Source of the DNA: Chlamydiia bacterium
Lineage (GTDB): Bacteria; Chlamydiota; Chlamydiia; Chlamydiales; JBMOFD01
NCBI GenBank assembly: GCA_049314435.1
Contig: JBMOFD010000022.1
Coordinates: 1 to 25,320 of the forward strand
DNA length: 25,320 bases
Reading direction: 5' to 3'
Below the pieces are notes generated by a model that searched no databases, was not told the DNA's origin, and saw only the letters and a list, made by a program, of their open reading frames with translations. Position 1 is the stretch's first letter, and every line of letters begins with the position of its first letter. Made by a program: the position numbers and the translations under genes. Below, piece after piece: positions 1-8,408 of this stretch.

Positions 1-924
1 GAGATCCGTCTCCTCATGGTCGATCCCAAGAAGGTCGAGCTCACCCACTACAGTCCTCTCCCCCACATGTTGGCCCCCGTCATCACCGATGCGCAGGATG
101 CTTGCAGTGCCCTGCACTGGCTGGTGAAGGAGATGGAGCTGCGCTATGAGATCCTCCGACGCGTCCAGGTACGGAACATCTCCTCTTTCAATCAGCGCAC
201 CCCCAATCCGGAGAAAGAAGCGCAGATCAGTGAAGAACTCGGCCATGAGATCCCCAAGCGCCTCCCCTACTACGTAGGCATCATCGATGAGCTAGCTGAC
301 CTCATGATGGTAGCCAACTCTGACATCGAAACGCCGATTGCACGCATCGCCCAGATGGCCCGTGCCGTCGGAATCCACCTGATCGTGGCCACTCAGCGTC
401 CCTCCCGTGAGGTGATCACCGGGCTAATCAAAGCCAACTTCCCCACTCGGATCGCGTTCAAGGTCGCCTCCAGGATCAACAGCCAGATCATCCTCGACGA
501 TGTCGGAGCCGAGACCCTCCTAGGGAATGGCGACATGCTCTACCTGCCGCCAGGGACGTCACAGCTGATCCGCGCACAGGGCTGCTATGTATCTGACGAG
601 GAAATCAACCGTGTCATCGAACGGGTCTCCGGACAAGCCCCTCCCAGTTACATCATGGAGAATTTCGCAGCCTACGCTCCCGACCTTGGGAAGGGTCGTG
701 GTGGAGGTGGGGGCGGAGACAGCGCTCAGATGGATCCCCTCCTACAACAAGCCACTCAGCTTGTCTACGAGGCAGGAGCTGCCTCTACGACCTACCTCCA
801 GAGGCGACTCAAGATCGGCTACGCTCGTGCAGCCTCTCTCATGGATGAGTTGGAGAGAACCGGTATCGTAGGCCCAGCAGATGGGGCCCGTCCCAGAAAG
901 CTACTCAGACCAGATAGCCACTAG
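1..924 (+). CDS. ftsK: DNA translocase FtsK, C-terminal part (5' end outside window)
   Basis: Frame is open from base 1 (EIRLLMVDPKKVEL). It has Walker B IIDELADLMM, ARAVGIHLIVATQRPS, GAETLLGNGDML and the gamma domain LQRRLKIGYARAA. Confidence 0.97.
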   Translation, partial: EIRLLMVDPKKVELTHYSPLPHMLAPVITDAQDACSALHWLVKEMELRYEILRRVQVRNISSFNQRTPNPEKEAQISEELGHEIPKRLPYYVGIIDELADLMMVANSDIETPIARIAQMARAVGIHLIVATQRPSREVITGLIKANFPTRIAFKVASRINSQIILDDVGAETLLGNGDMLYLPPGTSQLIRAQGCYVSDEEINRVIERVSGQAPPSYIMENFAAYAPDLGKGRGGGGGGDSAQMDPLLQQATQLVYEAGAASTTYLQRRLKIGYARAASLMDELERTGIVGPADGARPRKLLRPDSH

Positions 925-1277
925 AAGACGCGCACACCGTTGGGTACGGCGGTGCCTAGCTCTAAGAGCACCACATGGCCCTGTTCGTCCGGGACACCCA
1001 CAGTCAACACCTCAGAGAGGAACTTGCCGATCTGCTTTGGAGGGAAGTTCAACACGGCGATCACCTGCTTCCCTAGCAGCTGCTCTTTGGTGTAGTGGTG
1101 TGTAATCTGCGCCGATGAGCGCTTCTTTCCTAGTGGCCCAAAGTCGATCTCCAGCTTGTACGCCGGTTTACGCGCCTCTGGATAGTCCTCCACCTTGACG
1201 ATCGTCCCGGCACGCAAGTCGACTTTCAGAAAGTCAGTAAACTGGATGGTCTCTGAGGGAGAATCTGTGTTTTGCAT
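921..1277 (-). CDS. csaA: tRNA-binding / secretion chaperone CsaA (Trbp111 OB fold)
   Basis: Motifs FTDFLKVDLRAGTI, EARKPAYKLEIDFG, KRSSAQIT and NFPPKQIG..SEVL. Confidence 0.92.
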   Translation of the reverse strand: MQNTDSPSETIQFTDFLKVDLRAGTIVKVEDYPEARKPAYKLEIDFGPLGKKRSSAQITHHYTKEQLLGKQVIAVLNFPPKQIGKFLSEVLTVGVPDEQGHVVLLELGTAVPNGVRVF

Positions 1278-1326
1278 GATGGGTCTCGTGGTTAGTGGGA
1301 GATCAGAGCTCCGCTCCGAACCTCAG

Positions 1327-1350
1327 CTGGAGGGTTTCCTCCAGACCTCC
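1327..1350 (+). repeat. REP-like intergenic palindrome, copy 1
   Basis: CTGGAGG-gttt-CCTCCAG-ACCTCC. The tail GACCTCC (1344-1350) can also pair with GGAGGTC (1358-1364). Confidence 0.7.
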
Positions 1351-1409
1351 CGATGAAGGAGGTCAAGAGATCGTATCACATGGAGGAGCACAGTAGGAAT
1401 TTTGGACCG

Positions 1410-2600
1410 CTAATCGGGAAGTTCCATATTCAGAAAATGACGCGCCATGATCCCCTGCCCCAGAGGAGTGTCTGAGGCGAGACAGAGTACCTGAGCACAC
1501 TCTATCTTCAGAGGATCCCGCAAGGTGACCAGATGGCGTCTGTCATCTGCATCAGGCGTTGAACTAGCTTTGATCTCGTACGCCCAACAACCGCTGGAGG
1601 TCTTGACCACGATGTCCACCTCAGGCCCACCATCCTGACGATGATAATAGACCGATCTCGGCAACCCGCGTGCCTGCAGACGTTTGATTGCTTCCATGAA
1701 GACCATATTTTCAAAGATGTGCCCATAGAGAGAATGTCTGCCCAGTTCCTCTACTGTTCGGATCCTGAGGAGGTAGCAGAGGATGCCTGTGTCCGTGAAA
1801 ACGATCTTAGGCGCTTTTGTTACACGCTTCGACAGGTTCGGATACCAGGGCTGGATCAATTTTACGACGTAGGTGGCCTCTAGAACCGAGAGCCAGTCAC
1901 GAGCCGTTGCATGAGAGATCCCTGCTTCCTTGCACACGTCAGTTAGTTTGAGCACCTGACCGCAACGCAAGGCCAGCAGCTCCAGAAACTTTTGGAATCG
2001 GGACAGATCCGTGATCGCCAGAAGAGCGCGGATATCCCTCTCTACTACAGACATAAGATAAGAGCTGGTCCATGCCCAGGCCTGTTCATCCGTAAGATGT
2101 TGCGCTCCAGGAAAGAATCCTCGCAGCATCTGACTCCAGACCTCCTTGATCTCTGGCACGGTACCAGCCTCTCCTTTCGCATCTTGCAGTTCCTTCCAGC
2201 TCAATGGCAGGAGTTCCAAAATCACAGCACGCCCGGCCAGGCTATCCGACACACCCTTCATCAGGCCGAATACCTGACTGCCCGTGAGAAAATAGCGTCC
2301 GGTTACGTGCGGCGCGGCGTCGATGCGCAGCTTTAGATCAACGAGCAGGCTTCCAACCATCTGCACCTCATCGAGGATTACAGGCTCACCAATCTGATCC
2401 AAAAAACCTCTGGGATCCTCCGTTGCCAGCCGAAGGGTCAGGAGATCATCCAGGCGCAGGACCGGGACTGCTGGCCACACATAAGTGAGCAAAGAGCTTT
2501 TCCCGGCTTGGCGGGGTCCAGTAATCAGGAGACACGGGAACGCTTCCCCCAAGTTTTTGAGATGCGCTTGCAAGCCGCGTTGAATCCAAGGACGTTCCAT
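1410..2600 (-). CDS. AAA+ ATPase with C-terminal DUF4143 / PD-(D/E)xK-like domain
   Basis: Walker A GPRQAGKS, ILDEVQ, LTGSQ, SLAGR, KAPKIVFTDTG, GHIFEN and EVD...YEIK. Start placed at ATG 2600 behind GGTGG rather than the ORF-track start at 2696. Confidence 0.88.
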   Translation of the reverse strand: MERPWIQRGLQAHLKNLGEAFPCLLITGPRQAGKSSLLTYVWPAVPVLRLDDLLTLRLATEDPRGFLDQIGEPVILDEVQMVGSLLVDLKLRIDAAPHVTGRYFLTGSQVFGLMKGVSDSLAGRAVILELLPLSWKELQDAKGEAGTVPEIKEVWSQMLRGFFPGAQHLTDEQAWAWTSSYLMSVVERDIRALLAITDLSRFQKFLELLALRCGQVLKLTDVCKEAGISHATARDWLSVLEATYVVKLIQPWYPNLSKRVTKAPKIVFTDTGILCYLLRIRTVEELGRHSLYGHIFENMVFMEAIKRLQARGLPRSVYYHRQDGGPEVDIVVKTSSGCWAYEIKASSTPDADDRRHLVTLRDPLKIECAQVLCLASDTPLGQGIMARHFLNMELPD

Positions 2601-2761
2601 ACACCACCATATATAAGAATCCCGCGCTGGCGCCGCCGGATTCCCATCTATCTGAACATCATTTTCCCTGAAAAAGCACTGAAGCACAAGGTCCATTCAC
2701 CGAAATGTAGGCCTATTGGAGATCCGGCCACTGAGCGCCCTCATGGGAAACGTTACCAGAC

Positions 2762-2790
2762 TTGTTGATGAATGAACGTTCATTTATATT
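2762..2790 (+). promoter_or_regulatory. Sigma70-type promoter with a palindromic operator in the spacer
   Basis: TTGTTG (2762-2767), 17-bp spacer, TATATT (2785-2790). A perfect 14-bp palindrome AATGAACGTTCATT lies at 2771-2784, directly upstream of the TetR gene. Confidence 0.75.
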
Positions 2791-2819
2791 GGATTCTTCA
2801 AGCTCGACACCAGGCTATC

Positions 2820-3404
2820 ATGGCCCAAAAGAAATTGATCGATGACGAATCTGTACTGGAGAAGGCCCTGCTGGTCATCAGCGACCTAGGCCCCGAGAGC
2901 TTCACTCTTGCCGCGATCGGAGAGGCCGTTGGGTTGGCACCCGCTACCCTGCTCCAACGATTTGGCTCGAAACAGCAGCTTCTGGTTCGTGCAGCCAAGC
3001 AAGCCAACATCAAACTCAAGGCTGATCTCGAGACTCTAGAAAAGAAGGGGCTCCCCTGGCACGAGGAGCTCATCCAGTTGCTCATTGGCATGCCTGAGGG
3101 CTTCGGCTCCAGACAGGACATTGCCAACAGCCTAGGTGTTCTCAAACTCGATATGGTGGATCCAGAGCTCCATCCTATTGCTCGCCAGCTCTTTGAGGAG
3201 CTGCGCAAGCGCATCCACACACTCCTTCTGCAAGGACAGGCCTCCGGGCAGCTCGATGAGGCGGCTGACGTCGAGACCACCACCTGGGAGCTAGACGCCT
3301 TACGACACGGCTTGGTCATTCAGTGGACCTTGAGCGGTACGGGCACCCTACACACGTGGATGAAAAAAGGCTTCGAGGATTACTTAAGGAGGATCAAACG
3401 ATGA
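2820..3404 (+). CDS. TetR/AcrR family transcriptional regulator
   Basis: N-terminal HTH FTLAAIGEAVGLAPATLLQRFGSKQQLL. ATG 2820 preferred because ATG 2772 lies inside the promoter/operator. Confidence 0.9.
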   Translation: MAQKKLIDDESVLEKALLVISDLGPESFTLAAIGEAVGLAPATLLQRFGSKQQLLVRAAKQANIKLKADLETLEKKGLPWHEELIQLLIGMPEGFGSRQDIANSLGVLKLDMVDPELHPIARQLFEELRKRIHTLLLQGQASGQLDEAADVETTTWELDALRHGLVIQWTLSGTGTLHTWMKKGFEDYLRRIKR

Positions 3405-4057
3405 GATACCAGTTCTATCGAGAGCACAAATATGTCAGTGCTGCGCTCAACGATGTAGAGCGGAAGATAGCCAGAACCGACTTCCGTGATCCAAAGGAGG
3501 TTCAGGAGGCATCCCAGGCCTTTCATGATCTCTGCTCCATGCTGCAAGGCCATGCGGAATATGAAAATACATGCCTACACACTCTTCTTGAAGAGAAGGG
3601 ATCAAAGGTTCACCTACATGCTGCCGATGATCATGGCCACCAAGACGAGGCTCTGCACGAGATCGAAGGTCTCTTCGATCTCGTGCAGCGAGCGGCCTCA
3701 GCGGATGACCAGGTGTCTCTAGGGAATCAGCTCTATCTCACCTATCGCAAGTTTGTGGCCGACAACCTCGCCCATCTCCACGAAGAAGAGACCACCATCC
3801 TCCCAGAACTGCAACGCCTCTACACAGATGCTGAGTTGAAACAGGTGGAAGCCAAGGCCTATTGCGCCATGACGCCAGAAGATATCGTCGAGATGATGCG
3901 GGTCCTTTTTCCCCACATGAATCCATCGGATCGGGCAGCCTTTCTCTCAGACATTCACGACGTCCAACCGGAGAAGTTCTCTATTGCATGGGAGGCCATC
4001 TCCCCTACTCTAGGGGAGGTGGAACGTGCTAGGCTCTGCCAAGAGTTTGCGATGTAA
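3401..4057 (+). CDS. Hemerythrin-like (HHE) domain protein
   Basis: AAGGAGG RBS and ATGA overlap with the TetR stop. His/Glu pattern EHK...HAEYEN...DHGHQD...HLHEEET. Confidence 0.82.
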   Translation: MRYQFYREHKYVSAALNDVERKIARTDFRDPKEVQEASQAFHDLCSMLQGHAEYENTCLHTLLEEKGSKVHLHAADDHGHQDEALHEIEGLFDLVQRAASADDQVSLGNQLYLTYRKFVADNLAHLHEEETTILPELQRLYTDAELKQVEAKAYCAMTPEDIVEMMRVLFPHMNPSDRAAFLSDIHDVQPEKFSIAWEAISPTLGEVERARLCQEFAM

Positions 4058-4069
4058 GTAAAGGAATAC

Positions 4070-4096
4070 CTGGAGGATTGCATCCTCCAGACCTCC
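4070..4096 (+). repeat. REP-like intergenic palindrome, copy 2
   Basis: CTGGAGGAT-tgc-ATCCTCCAG-ACCTCC between convergent genes. Confidence 0.75.
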
Positions 4097-4152
4097 TCTA
4101 TGGGCGACATCAGAAATAGACCCTCTACAGGGGGTGTGCATCCAAAAGCTAC

Positions 4153-4929
4153 CTAGAAGAGGATAGGAGCGGCCGGGACCTCTTGCAGGGCCACATACCG
4201 CTTAAAGGATCCCTCTGTGCGCTGGAACAGCGCGTCCAATGCTTGAACAGCTAGTTCAGGACGATTGCACTCACTGGAGAGGTGCGCCAGGTGCACACTC
4301 CGCAGCTGCGCGTGCCATACGGCCTCTAACAGACGTGCACAGGCCTGGTTGGATAAGTGCCCATGCCGCCCCAACACCCTCTGCTTATAGATAATGGGGC
4401 GTCGACTCATCGCCACAAGGTCGGGCTCATGATTAGCTTCCAGCACGAGATGGTCACATCGGCTCATCGCCTCCTCCACCATGGGAGTCACCATCCCTAA
4501 ATCGGTGCAGATACCAACACGTTTCCCACAAGCCTCAAGGACGTAGGCGACTGGGTCCAATGTGTCATGGAGGATAGGCACGCTCTGGATCAGGATGTCC
4601 TTAAACTGAAAAGAGTCCCCCGTGGTGAAGATCTTAAACTGAGGAATCTGCCCATCCAAACAGGATACGATCCCCTTAGCGGTCTCGCTGTTGGCGATCA
4701 CGGGGATCCGATAGTCCATGGCTAGTTTGCGGATTCCCGCAATATGATCGGTATGCTCATGGGTAATCAGGATGGCATCGATCTGCTCGAGGCTTATCCC
4801 TAAGGGAGTTAACCTCTGTTGAGTGGCTCGCGCACTCAGTCCACAGTCGAGGAGCACCTTCGTGCGCTCTGATCCAAAATAGAGACAGTTGCCTTTCGAC
4901 CCAGACCCTAAAGAGAAAAAACCCTGCAT
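4153..4929 (-). CDS. yycJ: MBL-fold metallo-hydrolase, YycJ/WalJ-like
   Basis: SLGSGSKGNC, THEHTDH, HD, LEANHE, GHLSN and HLAHLSSECN. GAGGTG RBS before ATG 4929. Confidence 0.85.
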   Translation of the reverse strand: MQGFFSLGSGSKGNCLYFGSERTKVLLDCGLSARATQQRLTPLGISLEQIDAILITHEHTDHIAGIRKLAMDYRIPVIANSETAKGIVSCLDGQIPQFKIFTTGDSFQFKDILIQSVPILHDTLDPVAYVLEACGKRVGICTDLGMVTPMVEEAMSRCDHLVLEANHEPDLVAMSRRPIIYKQRVLGRHGHLSNQACARLLEAVWHAQLRSVHLAHLSSECNRPELAVQALDALFQRTEGSFKRYVALQEVPAAPILF

Positions 4930-5025
4930 GTCCACCTCTTGGCCTCAGTATAGGGAGACCGATGGAACTTTGCAGGGCTCATGTCACTAAGCTGCCTGTA
5001 GGTAGCTTAGAGCGATCCGTGTTGG

Positions 5026-6015
5026 CTACTTTTGCTCCTCTGGTCGCATCAATCCCAGGTGCATCTTACGCTCTTCCGGATCGATGCCCGTCAGGGTGCG
5101 CTGTAGGTTAGCCTGAGGCTGTTCCGTCTTAGCCAGACGATGCGAAAGGGCCTGGAGTGAGGCCAATCGCTCGGTGAGGATCTGCAGACGCGATTGCTGT
5201 TCAGTGCGCTGTCCGCCACGGAGGTGAGCCAGGAAGGCCTCCTCGGTTTCGAAACGACCGCTGAACGTCACGGCAGAGGCATTGTTGATGTCGGGCAGGA
5301 AGAGGAAGGGGCGCACAGTCACCGTCACCTGAGTGTACATATCGGGAGTAACGGTAGGCTCCACCTCGATCTTGACCACCTGCTTAGGAGGACGCCCTCT
5401 CTTAGGACGTGGATTCAAAGCCTCATTGGAATAGTAGGTCTTGGCTTTCACTACTAGGGCTTCTCGAGCCGCGACTACATCCTTAGGCACCTTCGCAATA
5501 AAACAGCTTCTCTTGATCTTCTCGATCACAGGACGGGGAAGATCTAGATCCTCTTCGAAGACGAAGTTGAAGTTCTGAGCACGGAGCCATTCGATGATCC
5601 GAATACGGAACCGCTCTACGAAGTAGGTCTGCCACTTCTCGATCTCACTGTGGTGATCGTAGATGAACTCCAGGAAGTTCTCCCTCGGATCGCGAGACTG
5701 GATGATGTCGAGGAGCTTCTCCTTGGCATCGATGTCGTAGACCTTCTCGTTGACGAACCCTTCCATGATCTTCTTCGCTTCGAAGAAGGTCAGCTTGGGA
5801 AGCAGCACATAGCGCTCCGCATGAGTCGCCAGATCTTGAGCCAACGCATCGAGCTCGGTCTGTCCCTTATTCAGGTCCGCATAGACCAGAAATCCTTCGC
5901 AACGGTCCAGATAGAAATCACGCTCATCATCCGATTTGGCAAACGCATCGAGAAGGCGGAAGAAGCGCAACAATAGCGGATTGTATGGCTGTGGCCATGA
6001 TGTCTCAGCAGGCAT
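5026..6015 (-). CDS. UPF0158 family protein (chlamydial CT429-like)
   Basis: NPLLLR..RLLDAFAKSDDERDFYLDR.EGF and YYSNEALNPRPKRGRPPKQ match the chlamydial UPF0158 family as I recall it. Start is ATG 6015 or GTG 6060. Confidence 0.8.
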   Translation of the reverse strand: MPAETSWPQPYNPLLLRFFRLLDAFAKSDDERDFYLDRCEGFLVYADLNKGQTELDALAQDLATHAERYVLLPKLTFFEAKKIMEGFVNEKVYDIDAKEKLLDIIQSRDPRENFLEFIYDHHSEIEKWQTYFVERFRIRIIEWLRAQNFNFVFEEDLDLPRPVIEKIKRSCFIAKVPKDVVAAREALVVKAKTYYSNEALNPRPKRGRPPKQVVKIEVEPTVTPDMYTQVTVTVRPFLFLPDINNASAVTFSGRFETEEAFLAHLRGGQRTEQQSRLQILTERLASLQALSHRLAKTEQPQANLQRTLTGIDPEERKMHLGLMRPEEQK

Positions 6016-6275
6016 GCAAGAGGGCTCCCAAAGCTCAACAGGCCCCAGCCGCCGACTCACGGGCCACGCCCATGTGTTTTACGACGACTGTGCCTACAGG
6101 TTGGCGGTAGTATAGCACAAGAGCTGATTGACATGCTCTTCCTGACCGAGATCTGTGAACACATCAACTGAATAGACACCCTTTAATCACGTTGTACCAA
6201 ACATCGACGTTATTCTAGACTTGAGACCAAAAACAGTAATTTAAATTATACCATCCGAATTTTTCTCTGGTTTCC

Positions 6276-8297
6276 ATGAGCACGTCAGTGTCGTCCACCT
6301 TCTCCGCGCTTGCGGTGACCATCGCAGCCTGTCGACCCGCTGACTCACTGAATCGGGCCTCGATTCAAGAACGTGTGCAGGAGATCGTGCGGCTGACTCA
6401 AGGTGAATCTGAGATCTGGGGACGTCAGGCCCAAGGGCCGAAGAGTCCATTAGGGATGCGGGTGTCTCCACCGCGTTGTGAAAAGGCAAAGGCGCTGAAG
6501 TTACAAGAGCAGTGGCACCCACTCTCCCTCCTTGAGTATGCCGTGATTCAAGGTGACCTGGTAAGTATCTGTTTAGCCCTATCAGGGTCCATGGCCTCGG
6601 AGTGCGCGCGAGATCCATCTCCTTGGGTGGACTTGATTGAGCTTCTGGCTGCTGGAAAATCGGTTCCTTCAGACCTCATGGGCAGAACGGGAGTGGACCT
6701 GGAGGCTTTGAGGATCCCTCAGCAGTGTTCCGACGCACCCTATGACGATAAGTGGCGCTTATTTGAGTATGCTCTGGTGACGCAACAGATCAAAGCACGC
6801 ATCGCCGTGGCTTTGATCGACCGACAGCTCCAGCAACGACTGAGCAATCCACGCGGCGAGTCCTTTCGATCCCTCTGGCAAATGCTGCATCAGAAGGAGA
6901 CGGAACCGGTCGGGATCCAAGAGAAAATCCAAAATGGGTCTGCACCTGAGTGGCTTGGGGAGCTCTTTCCTCCGAGGACGATGCATGTACAGCCCCTGGG
7001 CTCTGAGCTCGAGGAAGTCGTAGCGGGTAGTGAGCGCTGGCGTGAGCTGTTCCCCGAGTGGATCTTGCTGGAGATCTGCGATTATGCACCTCTGGGATCG
7101 CCTAAGGAGATCTACCCAGCCATACGCGGCAAGATCGAACGGCTGGGGCCGGAAGCATCGGCCCTGATGCTCGCCAAGAAGATGGAAGACGCCGTGTTGT
7201 ACTCCTTCGCGGCTCTCCGTCTCGTTCAATCACCCCCTCCCGTGGGCTGGGCCCTTCAGGCTCATCTGCCGATCCCTCAAGGCACTTGGCTAGGAACATT
7301 CACAGGCGCCCTCCGTTTTGATGAGGACGACGGGAAAGATCCGGCAATGCAGGAGGAGCTATTGACGTATGCCTGCGGTGCTGAGCTGGAGCTCTCCTAT
7401 GGAGAGACAAAATGGACCGAGGAGATGAGCGTCTTTCCCAAATATCAAGGGGGACTTCTCTCTCGGGCGGCTGATGGCCTTCCTTCGCTCTATAGCATCT
7501 CAGTAACCGAAGGCGCTTTCATCGCCCTAGCCAATCAGGATCTACCCCAAGGCCACTGGATCACCTGGCATTATGGGGCAGCAAGTCAGACTAAACTGCA
7601 GGGCCACTATCAAGACCTCCATAGAGAACAGGTGAACGCCGTGGTCTCCGAACTGCTCTCTATGGATGCACGGTCATTTCCTATGGAATGGTGGTCGCGT
7701 AAGCGGTCAGCCGCATCGCATTTGAACCCCCAATGGTGGACCGGCTCTCTAGAGGAGCATGCTATAGCCACCGAATCTCCCCGATGGCTAAAACATGTGA
7801 CCTACGTCGTCGAGACGATCCAACCCTCTATCCGTCTCTTTCTCCACAACCCAATGATGGCAAGCAGCGCACAGCAAACACTCGCTGCTTCCAACTCCCC
7901 CGAGGCTCCTTCCGATCAGCCTGCATCTATCCTCGGGCATCCCATGATGCACATCACTCCCCAGGAGGCTGAACAGTTCGAGAAGTGGCTTTCTAAGGGC
8001 ACTCGACGGGCGGCATGCCTAGCGTGGGTGGAGAAATGCCTTGGCACCTCGCAGGAGGACTTCGTCATTGCGGCCACCCTATTCTGCTACTGTAGTATCC
8101 TGCTTCCTCCTGAAAGGTCCACCGAGATCTCCGATCAGTTGGACCTACTCGCCTCAAGGGTCGAGCTCATTGCGAATCTGCGTTCTGGCGGAGCTCGAAA
8201 GCGTCCGAGTTGGCCCGAGGCCCTACGTAGCATGGATGCTAAAAAACATGAGATTGTAGTCGATCTGCTGACCGCACCCCTCTCCTCATCAGAATAG
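6276..8297 (+). CDS. Large hypothetical protein with a degenerate SET-like domain; candidate secreted effector
   Basis: 673-aa ORF after an AT-rich intergenic region. SET-like segments GWALQA..PIPQGTWLGTFTG and ALANQDLPQGHWITWHYG lie at 7245-7577. N-terminus is Ser/Thr-rich. Confidence 0.65.
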   Translation: MSTSVSSTFSALAVTIAACRPADSLNRASIQERVQEIVRLTQGESEIWGRQAQGPKSPLGMRVSPPRCEKAKALKLQEQWHPLSLLEYAVIQGDLVSICLALSGSMASECARDPSPWVDLIELLAAGKSVPSDLMGRTGVDLEALRIPQQCSDAPYDDKWRLFEYALVTQQIKARIAVALIDRQLQQRLSNPRGESFRSLWQMLHQKETEPVGIQEKIQNGSAPEWLGELFPPRTMHVQPLGSELEEVVAGSERWRELFPEWILLEICDYAPLGSPKEIYPAIRGKIERLGPEASALMLAKKMEDAVLYSFAALRLVQSPPPVGWALQAHLPIPQGTWLGTFTGALRFDEDDGKDPAMQEELLTYACGAELELSYGETKWTEEMSVFPKYQGGLLSRAADGLPSLYSISVTEGAFIALANQDLPQGHWITWHYGAASQTKLQGHYQDLHREQVNAVVSELLSMDARSFPMEWWSRKRSAASHLNPQWWTGSLEEHAIATESPRWLKHVTYVVETIQPSIRLFLHNPMMASSAQQTLAASNSPEAPSDQPASILGHPMMHITPQEAEQFEKWLSKGTRRAACLAWVEKCLGTSQEDFVIAATLFCYCSILLPPERSTEISDQLDLLASRVELIANLRSGGARKRPSWPEALRSMDAKKHEIVVDLLTAPLSSSE

Positions 8298-8347
8298 CGC
8301 CGGATCCCATCCCTGGTCAGCGGATGACCTAGCCGATCCTCCAATTA

Positions 8348-8374
8348 GGCGGTCTGGAGGATTCTATCCTCCAG
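8348..8374 (-). repeat. REP-like intergenic palindrome, copy 3 (inverted orientation)
   Basis: Minus strand reads CTGGAGGAT-aga-ATCCTCCAG-ACCGCC. Confidence 0.75.
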
Positions 8375-8387
8375 CACAGGTCCAGGA

Positions 8388-8408
8388 GCCGGAGCTCCCG
8401 GCTCCGGC
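8388..8408. terminator. GC-rich hairpin right after the serS stop; possible terminator or 3' stabiliser
   Basis: GCCGGAGC-tcccg-GCTCCGGC forms an 8-bp stem, with no U tract. Confidence 0.4.
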
